From the NCBI GenBank assembly GCA_002269645.1, contig NIVC01000617.1, positions 1-64,000 of the forward strand: a stretch of DNA of 64,000 nt, read 5' to 3'. Below are positions 23,416 to 35,300 of this stretch, one piece after another. Origin of the DNA: Macrostomum lignano (Eukaryota). The notes beneath the pieces are model-generated. The model made no database searches. It was given only the letters and a program-made list of their open reading frames with translations, and was not told where the DNA came from. Both the position numbers and the translations under genes were made by a program. How positions within the stretch are numbered: position 1 is the stretch's first letter; every line of letters starts with the position of its first letter.

Positions 23416-24997
23416 GGCAAAGCGCGGGTTTCTTAATTGTTGGCGCAGGATGTTGTCCGCAGCTTTGCATCCTGCTGAGCAGCAGATTTTATTGCTTTGC
23501 GGCGGCTGCTCGCAGCGGATTGGCTGAACAATTTTCCATGCCACTGATCCACATTACACAGCTATTTCGAACTCTGCTCGTATCTCGTCTCACCTGTTTC
23601 TTTAATTAGCAACGAAAGCTCTTTCAAAAGCTGTGTCAGAAATGTACGGCATTGCTGTACACAATAGATAGCTATGTTCTATATAGAATATCCTGATGGA
23701 ATATCCAGACTATTTGAGCTGACTGAGACCCTTACTCTACTAAACATAAGCACCCACCTCCTGGCATATATCAATTATGGTAATTAATGCAAAAACTATA
23801 TTTCGGACTAAACAATATAATAAGCACAATGTCAGCTGAACCCGCACACAGGCACACTGAGATTAACATTATTAGTAAGGAGCAGAGAATATGCGTCTAT
23901 AGTGTTGAGACTGCATCGAGCTAGCCTCATGAAGGCCTGCGTGCCGCCGGTGAAGAGGTGGATGAGAAGCATGAGAGATGAAGCCAACAATTCCTGGAAA
24001 TCGGATGCTGCTTGAAATTCTATTTAAAGTACATGTTCAACTTTATGACAAACTTGCGCCCACAACACATGAATGTGGATCTCAGATGCAAAATCGGCTC
24101 TCAGTTTTTTTCTATCAACCCGGATCCCACTGATTGTACTTTAAGGACCTGTTAAGCTCATAAAGTGGAGCTCGAGTAACATGTACGCAAATTATAAGCA
24201 TTGTGATAAACTTTTATTTAGTTAACAAATTCACTTTTTTTACGAGCCGTCAACGGCTGAGCCGCAAATGTCTGTGAGCATTTCGTACAGTACGAGCTAT
24301 GCTCACTAACTAAAAGAGCCACGAAATATAATGAAGAGAACACTGTCTGTTGGGGTGAGTTAAAGGCTGCTACTCAAAATAACTAAAGGACTGGAAATCA
24401 ATTCTTAAGAAGACCAACACAGATGACACTAGGAAGCTATGCTTGGCAAAAAATTGACACTCTACTTTACAAGCTTAAGTTGACATAATATAGTCCCTAA
24501 TTATCCCCTTGATTGTTCTCCCAAGTCTAACTTCTTAGTGTCATTGTGAGCAGAATGACAAAGATTCATTTCTTTGCGTGCATAGGTTACTCGGGTTCCA
24601 CTTTATGGTCTTAAAATTAACAGGTTAAAAAGTTTAAAGAGGTTTAGCAGTGTCAATGGCAGGGTAGAGATTAAGGTATTTTATTTGATTTTGAATTTAT
24701 ATAACTGATGCCAGCTGACATACTGAGTTCTTCTAGCTCGACAATGGAATTAGTAGTCAGTACTCTGTCAGTAGTATAAAATCGCTAAACTAAAAATGAA
24801 CCATTAAAAAATCCACTTAAGCAGACAAATAAAATGCAAACTTGAAATTTGAACTCAGGGGTATTTTAATCAATGCATCAGCCATAAACAACTGCTGAGC
24901 TGATTCTCACGGTTTATTGTAAAAGTCGTGACTGACTCAAACAAAATGCGGCACTGCAGATACAATGCGGTTGGCAAAAATCATTTAGAACACCAAG

Positions 24998-27900
24998 TCA
25001 GGAGGTCATGTGAGGACACAGCCGGGCCACATAGTAGGCATTGAGCAGCTCGGGCTTGAGGAACTTCCTGGCCCGCCAGTCCAGCTCGCCAACCAGCGCC
25101 GAATCACCCCAGCTGTCCTCGAACTCCAGGTAAGCCGCCCAGAAGGCCACCGAGCCGGGGCCGAGTCGGCCAGCGAGGCGTTCGAACTCGCGACGTACTC
25201 GAGCGATTGAGGCGGCGGAGCGGCTCGATGCGGCCTCCAGCTGGCAGTAGCGGCGCAGGGCACGAACTCCGGCCGTGTCCCTGGTAGGGGTGGCGGGAAC
25301 GGTGGGAAAACTGCTAGACGATATGTATAGAAAACCACTTTTTTAACTAGTGGACTCAAGTCAAGATTCCTACCGATATGTATCGAAATCATCTTTCAAC
25401 TTGTTGACTGAGTATAACCAGGACTCTTTCCGATATGTATAGAAAACCGCTTTAAAATCTAATAAACTGGGTGTAATCAGGACACCTGCCGATATGTATT
25501 GAAAACGACTTTATAAACTAAAACTGGGTGTAATCAGGACACCTGCCGATATGTATCGAAAACCGCATTATAAACTAATAAACTTGGCGTAGTCAGGACA
25601 CCTGCCGATATGTATCGAAAACCGCTTTACAAACTAATAAACTGGGTGTAGTCAGGACACCTGCCGATATGTATCGAAAACCGCTTTATAAACTAATAAA
25701 CTGAGTGTAGTCAGGACACCTGCCGATATGTATCGAAAACAGCTTTACAAATTAATTAAGGTATGTAACAAAATTAATTTTTTCGAATTTTAAATAATTA
25801 GGACTCTACAGATATGTATCCACCCAGAAGCCAAATAAGCAATTCTAGCAGTCAAATCAAAACTGAAACCCACCTGGAAGCCGCCCAGACCTCTCGGGCC
25901 GCATCCAGACCATCGGCAGCATCCAGCTTGGCCACAACTTCATCGTCAGGATCCGCAGCAGCAGCTCCGGCTGCATCAGCCACGCTCAGGATGGGGGGGT
26001 CCTCAACCTCAGCAGGCAGTGCGGCCAGCCGAGCCCGCAGGTCATCAGCGAACTTGTCAGCAACGGGCGGGCAGGCCTGAGCAGCTGACAGCAGCCCCGT
26101 CAGCAGCTGCCGATCCTCTCCTGTCGACCTAGACGTCGTCGAGTCGCCGAAGGTCTCCAGCAGGGCGGACAGAACCAGCGCGGCGGGCTCGCCGGCAGCC
26201 ACCGAGTCCTCGTCGATGCCCGAAGCGGCGGGCAGGTCCTGGCGGCGGTGCAGCAGCCAGGCGGTGAGGCCGCACTCCAGCTTCAGCAGGCCGAACAGCA
26301 GGCGGCGGCTGCGCTTGTGCACCCGAAGGCCGCGCAGTAGGAAGGCCCGCGCCAGCTGGGCGGACTGCAGCACCTCCTTGGCTGGGGCTGACAGCCGGGC
26401 ATCGGCCTGCGGGGTGGGGGAGACCCTTGGCTGGTGTCATTGATAATGAAGCTTACCTCATTACCTGTGATGCTGCCGATCGAGCCCATAGCTAAACTGT
26501 TAAATCCTCAGCCAGTAAAATTACAGCCAACAGCCGGTAAAAGCTACAATCACAACCGGTGAAACCTACAATCCTAACTGGTGAAACCTACAATCCTAAC
26601 TGGTGAAACCTACAATCCTAACCGGTGAAATCTACAATTCTAACTGGTAAAACCTACAATCCTAACTGGTAAAACCTACAATCCTAACTGGTGAAACCTA
26701 CAATCCTAACTGGTGAAACCTACAATCCTAACTGGTGAAATCTACAATCCTAACTGGTGAAACCTACAATCCTAACTGGTGAAACCTACAATCCTAACTG
26801 GTGAAACCTACAATCCTAACTGGTGAAACCTACAATCCTAACTGGTGAAACCTACAATCCTAACTGGTGAAACCTACAATCCTAACTGGTGAAATCTACA
26901 ATCACAACCGGTGAAACCTACAATCCTAACTGGTGAAACCTACAATCCTAACTGGTGAAATCTACAATCCTAACTGGTGAAATCTACAATCCTAACTGGT
27001 GAAACCTACAATCCTAACTGGTGAAAACTACAATCCTAACTGGTGAAACCTACAATCCTAACTGGTGAAACCTACAATCCTAACTGGTGAAACCTACAAT
27101 CCTAACTGGTGAAACCTACAATCCTAACTGGTGAAACCTACAATCCTAACTGGTGAAACCTACAATCCTAACTGGTGAAACCTACAATCCTAACTGGTGA
27201 AACCTACAATCCTAACTGGTGAAACCTACAATCCTAACCGGTGAAACCTACAATCCTAACTGGTGAAACCTACAATCCCAACCGGTGAAACCTACAATCC
27301 CAACCGGTAAACCTACAATCCTAACTGGTGAAACCTACAATCCCAACCGGTGAAACCTACAATCCCAACCGGTAAACCTACAATCCTAACTGGTGAAACC
27401 TACAATCCCAACCGGTGAAACCTACAATCCCAACCGGTGAAACCTACAATCCTACGTGGTGAAACCTACAATCCCAACCGGTGAAACCTACAATCCCAAC
27501 CGGTGAAACCTACAATCCAAACCGGTGAAACCTACAATCCTAACTGGTGAAATCTACAATCACAACCGGTGAAATCTACAATCCTAACTGGTAAAACCTA
27601 CAATCCTAACTGGTAAAACCTACAATCCTAACTGGTAAAACCTACAATCCTAATTGGTGAAACCTACAATCCTAACTGGTGAAACCTACAATCCTAACTG
27701 GTGAAATCTACAATCACAACCGGTGAAACCTACAATCCTAACTGGTGAAACCTACAATCCTAACTGGTGAAACCTACAATCCTAACTGGTAAAACCTACA
27801 ATCCTAACTGGTGAAACCTACAATCCTAACTGGTGAAACCTACAATCCTAACTGGTGAAACCTACAATCCTAACTGGTGAAACCTACAATCCTAACTGGT

Positions 27901-30191
27901 GAAAACTACAATCCTAACTGGTGAAATCTACAATCCTAACTGGTGAAACCTACAATCCTAACTGGTGAAACCTACAATCCTAACTGGTGAAATCTACAAT
28001 CCTAACTGGTGAAACCTACAATCCTAACTGGTGAAATCTACAATCCTAACTGGTGAAACCTACAATCCTAACTGGTGAAACCTACAATCCTAACCGGTGA
28101 AACCTACAATCCTAACTGGTGAAACCTACAATCCCAACCGGTGAAACCTACAATCCCAACCGGTAAACCTACAATCCTAACTGGTGAAACCTACAATCCC
28201 AACCGGTGAAACCTACAATCCTAACTGGTGAAACCTACAATCCTAACTGGTGAAACCTACAATCCTAACTGGTGAAATCTACAATCCTAACTGGTGAAAC
28301 CTACAATCCTAACTGGTGAAACCTACAATCCTAACTGGTGAAACCTACAATCCCAACCGGTGAAACCTACAATCCTAACTGGTGAAACCTACAATCCTAA
28401 CTGGTGAAACCTACAATCCTAACTGGTGAAACCTACAATCCTAACCGGTGAAACCTACAATCCTAACTGGTGAAACCTACAATCCCAACCGGTGAAACCT
28501 ACAATCCCAACCGGTAAACCTACAATCCTAACTGGTGAAACCTACAATCCCAACCGGTGAAACCTACAATCCCAACCGGTAAACCTACAATCCTAACTGG
28601 TGAAACCTACAATCCCAACCGGTGAAACCTACAATCCCAACCGGTGAAACCTACAATCCTACGTGGTGAAACCTACAATCCCAACCGGTGAAACCACCTA
28701 ATCAACAAAGCAAATGCAACTCACAGGCACCCCATCAGCGTCAGTCTCCATTCCCAAAGCCTGCTGTTCACTTTTCTCTTCATCTTTCAGCGACTTCTTT
28801 CTGCCCTCCTTCTGTCGCAGCCAGCGAGCCCGCGCCTCCAGCCGGTCGGTCCAGTGCCAGTCTGCAGCGGCCAGCCAGAGGTCCTCGCGGCCCGAGTGCA
28901 CCTGCAGCATCCGAGCCAGTACTTTGCTGGCCATCTGCGGGTGTCCGATCTGCTCGCAGAATCTGGCGTGCGCGAGCCAGCAGTCCAGGCGCTCCTGGAA
29001 TCTGTAGCAGGCCTGGCGGTGCAGCCGGTGCAGACGCTGCACTATGGAGGCTTCGATTCGATCCCGCTTGAAATAATAGCTGGCAGCGGCCCGCCTGTGC
29101 TTCAGGAGCAGCAGCAGCCCCACCTGGGTTTGGAGTGCGGGTGGAGGCAGTGAGGTGGGGTAGAGCTTTGGGGCGACTTCAGGGTTGATTAGGGGTGATT
29201 TCAGAGTGGATTAGGGGGTGACTTCAGGGTTGATTAGGGGGTGACTTCAGGGTTGATTAGGGGGGTGACTTTAGGGTTGATTAGGGGGTGACTTCAGGGT
29301 TGATTAGGGGGTGACTTCAGGGTTGATTAGGGGGTGATTTCAGAGTGGATTAAGGGGTGACTTCAGGGTTGATTAGGGGGTGACTTTAGGGTTGATTAGA
29401 GGGTGACTTTAGGGTTGATTAGGGGGTGACTTCAAGGTAGATTAGGGGTGATTTCGGAGTGGATTAGGGGTGATTTCGGAGTGGATTAGGGGTGATTTCG
29501 GAGTGGAGTAGGGGTGATTTCGGAGTGGATTAGGGAGTAGTTTCAGAGTGGATTAGGGAGTGGTTTCAGAGTGGATTAGGGGGTGACTTTGGGGTGGATT
29601 ATGGAGTGACTTCAGCGAGGACCAAGGGGGGGTGACTTAAGGGTGGATTAAGGGATGACTTCAGGGTGGATTAGGGGTTGACTTAGGGGTGGTTTTTGGG
29701 GGGTGACTTTAGGAGGATTAGGGAATGAATTCAAGGAGGACTAGGGGGTGACTTTGTTTGGGGCGGACTAGTGGTGACTTCCGGGCGGACTAGTGGTGAC
29801 TTCCGGGTGGATTAGGGGTGACTTCCGGGTGGATTAGGGGTGACTTCTGGGTGGACTAGTATGTGACTTTAGGGGGGATTAGGGGGTGCCTACTTAAGCG
29901 TGAATTAGGTGACTCAAGTGCGGATTAGGATGAGTCTAGAGTCGGTTTAAGCTATCGCGTTATCAAGATTCACATTCCTAGAAATCAGGGAAATATTGAT
30001 GCGCCAACCTCGTGCTGAGCATAGGCCTGATAATCCCGCAGTCGCTTCTCCCTTTTTTGCAGCCGGTATTCGAACCCGCGCCGCTTTCGCAGCAGCTGAG
30101 CAGCTTCATCTGGGTTCAGCAGGCCGGATATGGTCAGCTGCTGCAGTTCCGGCAGCTGCTGTTCGAGCTGCTCTTCAGCATACTCAGCCAT
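24998..30191 (-). CDS. UTP6: U3 snoRNA-associated protein 6 (HAT repeats), 4 exons, ~475 aa
   Basis: Exons 30009-30191 (MAEYAEEQLEQQLPELQQL...FEYRLQKR), 28725-29123 (YYFKRDRIEASIVQR...LWLAAADW), 25874-26406 and 24998-25310 (REFER...FWAAYLEFE...WRARKFL) splice in frame. These match the recognisable UTP6 N-terminal domain and C-terminal HAT motifs. Confidence 0.9.
25317..25750. repeat. ~59-bp minisatellite in UTP6 intron 3, about 8 copies
   Basis: CCGATATGTATCGAAAACCGC...CAGGACACCTG recurs with a 59-bp period (25605, 25664, 25723). Confidence 0.92.
26552..28694. repeat. 22-bp minisatellite (GGTGAAACCTACAATCCTAACT) filling UTP6 intron 2, ~95 copies
   Basis: Directly visible. Variant blocks recur (for example CCTACGTGG near 27452 and 28659), indicating higher-order duplication. 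Confidence 0.97.
29172..29930. repeat. 22-23-bp G-rich minisatellite (GGGGTGACTTCAGGGTTGATTA) in UTP6 intron 1
   Basis: Directly visible; degenerates toward 29930. Confidence 0.92.
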
Positions 30192-32323
30192 TAGCCAGCG
30201 AATTCCAGTTGGTCTGCAATGGGTATTGATTGATGGCAGCACTTGAGTAAAATTTGCTAAAAAACACTAAACAAAAGCTTTGCTAAATAAACCAGTGTTT
30301 CAATGATCTAGCATAAACTAGCTTTAATCTACAATATTCTGCTATAATTCATTATTTAACATTAGCAACAGCTTATTAAGATTTTGACAAGGCTACAAGT
30401 GAACAGTTTCATAGGCTAGAGCAAACTTTGAATGAAAAATTAAAATTTAAAAATTTAAAAAATACTTTCTAAATCAGTTTTATTATTAATGACTAAAGTG
30501 AATGGTTGAAACTTGGTTAACTTAACTAATATTTTTTATCAATGTCAATTATGCAACAAAACAAATGTTATGAGCAATCTGGCTTATTTAAAGTTGTCTT
30601 TTCTTTGCTTAAATTATCTCTCATTTGTAGAAATTGTCATTTTTACCTTTTATCTTGCTAGTCTCAACTCTGTTTCTCTTTCTTCTCATTTTTTATTCCT
30701 TTCTTTCCTACTTATTGCACTACTTTCTATAGTGTGCTAATGCAAATTTGTTAAATTCAAACACTACTATTTATGGCATATGCATTATTTTAAATTAAAT
30801 AGTTTTAACAATTTGGCTATATTCATTTTTGTATGCACTTGCCTACAGTAGCTAGCTGCTCTTATGGCTACAACTACAGAAATATGGTAGTTGCTGTCAC
30901 ATTCCCTAGATCCCTAGATTCCCAAAGCCATAGTTATTAATTTTTTTTAAAATGAAAAATTTATTATAAACAAGTAGAGTTTAGTAAGAAACAAGTACAG
31001 TTTACAAAGACACTTTAGTAAACTGTAATATCAACTTAGAAACTCAAAGAATATACCTAATAAAGTACAATAAAACACTAGCAAACTCTAATTTTTATTA
31101 ATGTGAAAAGTACAGCATTAGTACTTTCAGTAGCAATTAAGTATTGTTGCTTTGTAAAAAGACAAAATATAATCTTACAAAGGCAATCAAGTGTTTCTTT
31201 TATTTTCTAACTTAATTTGCAGTTGTTTAAGCACCAGGTTATCTTCTTGATTCAAATATTTTGTTTTCTATAATTTTTGTTAAAACTATAGCTATGGCTA
31301 TAGGAATTATAGGAATATGGTAATATTGGGATCTCTATGGCTACAGCTACAGTACATGGACTCTCCTTACAGCAGAACACTAGATTATAGTGACAATTCA
31401 ATCTTTTCTCTATATCAACTTTAAAGTCTTAAAAATAGACAATTTAAACAAAATTATGAACAAAAATGTAAAAACTCAAGGATATGACTTATATAGCAAT
31501 TCTAGGACTATAGTACAAGCTAGGCTAGGCCTAGCAAAATTTTGAAGTGGTAGCTAAGAAATGGGTTATTAGTTCTTATTGTGGTAGTTGGGTACCACCG
31601 ATTGATTATTGGCTCATATGGTTTCTTAATAACATTACAGTTTCTGGACAATAAAATTATGCGTACCCTATTCTGGTCCCCGTTAGTCCACTCCCTGGCG
31701 CAAGTCATGACATATTTCTGCCCTCTTTCTGTTCCCCTTGCCCCATTTTCTGGCTCTATATGACCAAATTGTGTTTTCCTTTTGTTTTACTATGTATTTC
31801 TGCGGTAATTTTGTTGAATCCCCTTTTTGGCCTTTTGAGTTTCGCCCTTCCCTAGTTTCTGGGCCTCGCAAGCCTTTTTGTGACCTGTTTCCTGGGTATT
31901 TATTCCCGCCCCTTGCGCCTGTCCTCCCCTCAATCTCCTTTCTCCCTCTCTCTTGCTTTTTTCCCCTTTCTTCTACTCTTTCCGACACGCCCCTTAACTT
32001 AATAATGTTTAGTTAACGTAGTCTATTACTTGAAGGAAAGAAAACCTAACTTAGTTTTATTTAAGTAAGCCTGCACCGCGGCACCCCTGATTCATCTGTC
32101 GTCGGTGGTCTCTTATTTTACACGCGTGAGGCCTAGTTTAATATTTTCAGTTTTTTTATACTAACTCGATAAGCAATAAACTCGCATTAATTTGCTGCAA
32201 ACCATTTTCGATAAAAGCCATAGCTTAACTTAAGTCATTTGCCCATGGGGCGTAAAATAACCCAGTCTCACCTCAAAGCAAGCTCTGAGACTTTTTCAAC
32301 ATTCCGTAATACGCAAATTACGG

Positions 32324-35300
32324 TGGTGGCAGCGCTACTCTACTGTTAGTAACACAACAAGAATACGAGACTCATTCAATCTACGGTGTCTGAGAACCCG
32401 CCATCTGAACGCTCGCGCCAAATGAAGGCCGCTCGCCTACGACCAAAACTACCCTCCCCCCGGGATTGAGGACCCCGGCAGACAGAGTATCTACGAGTTG
32501 TTTTCATTGGGATCCATTCACGCAAACTTTCCGTGTTTAATTCGTGCGAAATAACGACGGCGCCCAATCGAAGGCCCGAGCCGCTCAAGTTCGACATTAG
32601 ATCAAGTGAACACCGGACAATCCCGACCACCCCCAAGTCTAAATCGCCCCCACCTCATTGGTGTCAGCTAAGTGGGATATCGAAATGCCACAATCCATTC
32701 GACGAGTCGTTCAGAAACTACGCTATGGCTTCAACTACTACTAATTCAACGGCCGCGGACGCGACAGCCGACGCCGCAGGCCCTGACAATTCAGCAATGA
32801 GACCGACCTACGACGAGATGATTCAGGCAGTGACTGACGAGGTGCGACGGCGCTTGGAGCAGACCAGCCTGGGCCAGCCGCAGCACCACCACCACGTGTA
32901 TCAGCAGCCCCAGCAGCAGGATCGAGCTCCAGCGCCAAAACCAGTTAAGATTCAGCAGTATACTCAAAACCAGGAATTCGACGTCTGGATCCAGGCTCTC
33001 GAGGAGCGTTGTGAGCTCAACGGGATCACAGACGATAGACGAAAGAAGGCAGAGGTCCTTGTGAATTTGGACATCGCCACAACCTATCCCGCAGTTGTCA
33101 GGATGGAGTTGCCAGACAACCTAACGTTTGGCGAGTTTAAACAGCGCTTGTCCAAACGTTTTACGCATGTGGCTGACACGCTGGAGTACCGGGAGCAATT
33201 CCGATGCTGCTAGCAAGGCAAGACTGAGAGCGTAGATGACTACGGCGATCGATTAATTGCTCTGGCCAACAAAGCGTTCCTGCACTTTACTCCGGTGCAA
33301 AAGCAAGCTGAGCTGGTGGACCAGTTCACGGTTGGAGTGCGAATCGCCCAGTCGGCCTGAGAACAGTTAATCCTGGTGAGACCGCAGAATCTGACTGCTG
33401 CGAGAAGGGCCGTGCTACGCCTGGAGACAGCGGCTAGCCTGGCTCAGCGAGTAGCACCGCCGCCAGCAGCGAGACATGTACGGGTTCTTGAGGATGACGA
33501 CAGTCAGATGCCCACTGCAGTGCAACACGACGCCAAGTCATCTCGGCCCAAGGAGAACTGGTTGCGGGAAGTGATGGAACAACAAACGGAAACTCTGCAA
33601 GAGCAGCGACAAATTCTGGAAACATTAAGCAACGAAATGCGAGAGTTCTACTCGCGGGGATCGCGCGACAACGACACCCCGGAGCCATGGGAACCAGCTT
33701 GCCATTAGCCGCGGGACTCGTGGGGCCAACGCTCCAGATGTTTGGTACCTCCGACTCCTCGCCGCAGCGCCGACGGAAGCGCCCAATTTACGACACCCGG
33801 CACACGCCATGTGTAGCATCAACTGTTCCATCGACTTCAGCAACCACGAGACGGCAGCAACCCGCCACCAAGGACACCACCAGCAGGAGGTCAACGTCAA
33901 CAACATCAGCAGCCACAGCAGTCGCAGCAGCAGACAAGTTCGCGCCTGCCGCCCTATCAGCTGCGGCGGCAGAGCGCCATGTGCTACAGGTGCAATTGTG
34001 AGCATCGCGGCGAAGAGTGCCCGCATCGATGGTCGGCCAGCACCGTGCCCCAGCGAAACGGCAGCTCGGGAAACGGGACGGCTGGACGTGCCATCGGGGC
34101 AGCGCCATCCAGCAGCCGAGCCAGCACTAAAGTCCCCGCCGAGGACTTTAGTCGCTCAGCAGGCCACTGCTGAGACCGCCTCTACACCTGTACAGAACTC
34201 TGCACCCAAGCGACCTTGAAGGGATCCATATCTGACTGGTAAGATTCAGGGCCGCTATTTTGCTTTTCTACTTGACACCGGCTCAAAGTGCGAAGTCTTA
34301 GGATTCAGCACCTGGCACCGTCTATGTACTGATGACCCAACCCTGCCAAATCGAGCCCTGCCAACAACGCATCGTGACCTACAATGGCGAACCAATCCAG
34401 ATGGCAGGCCAACTAACTATGAAAGTTAAAATCGGAAGTTTTGAGCCGACAGTTAAGTTTCTGCTAGCAAAGGGATCACACGACAACATCCTAGGCTTCG
34501 AGTTTCTAGAGAAGTACAGCACCTCACTAGATCTCGCTGCCGGGATGCTGTTCTTCAAGGACGGCACTGCCGCACCGCTTTGCTACACGCGAACTGAAGC
34601 TACCCCATGCAGAATTTATACAGCCGAGAGCACTACTGTGCCACCATTATCTTCAGCCCGAATCAAAATCAAATTAGCAAAAGGACGCGAAGAAAACCAA
34701 GGGACACCAGCTATGATCGAGCCGCTGAAACTGGCTCGGCGCAAAGACGATGTGCAGCATCTGGACGCCGCACCTGCCCTGATATCAATGGCGAATGGAG
34801 AAGGCGCAATTGAGATGATCAATCAAGGCACTACGGCCATCAAAGTGCGAGCGAACGCCCTAGTCGGGATTGCGAGACCAATCAGACTGCCCGAGTTTCA
34901 TTTCTTTCCACTGCCGAAGCCAGAAGACTCTGTAAACCAAATCCAAGATGAAGATCCTGATGCTTGGATCAAGGAGATCGACATCGGCAAGGATTTGACC
35001 AGTGACCAGCGCGCTCAAGTCATTGAGCTGCTAATGAAGTACAAGAACATCTTTTCCCAGGGGCCACACAATCTCGGCCGAACTCACCTGGTCACCCATA
35101 ACATCGTACTAAAGGACAAGGATCCGGTACACCTGCCGACGCAAAGGATTCCGCCACATCTGTTACTGAAGGTGGATCAGCTGCTAGACGATCTTCTTGC
35201 CAAAGGTGTGATCAGACCAAGCTTTTCCAGCTACAACACCCCGCTGGTGATCATCCCGAAGAAGGACGGCAGCCTGAGGATTGTACAAGACTTTCGGAGT

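Noticed and set aside
25317-28694. Regular 59-bp and 22-bp arrays as CRISPR
   Set aside because: No unique spacers, and they lie in spliceosomal introns of UTP6 in a eukaryote.
29172-29930. TTAGGG-containing tract as telomeric/interstitial telomere
   Set aside because: TTAGGG is only part of a 22-23-bp unit, and the array is inside UTP6 intron 1.
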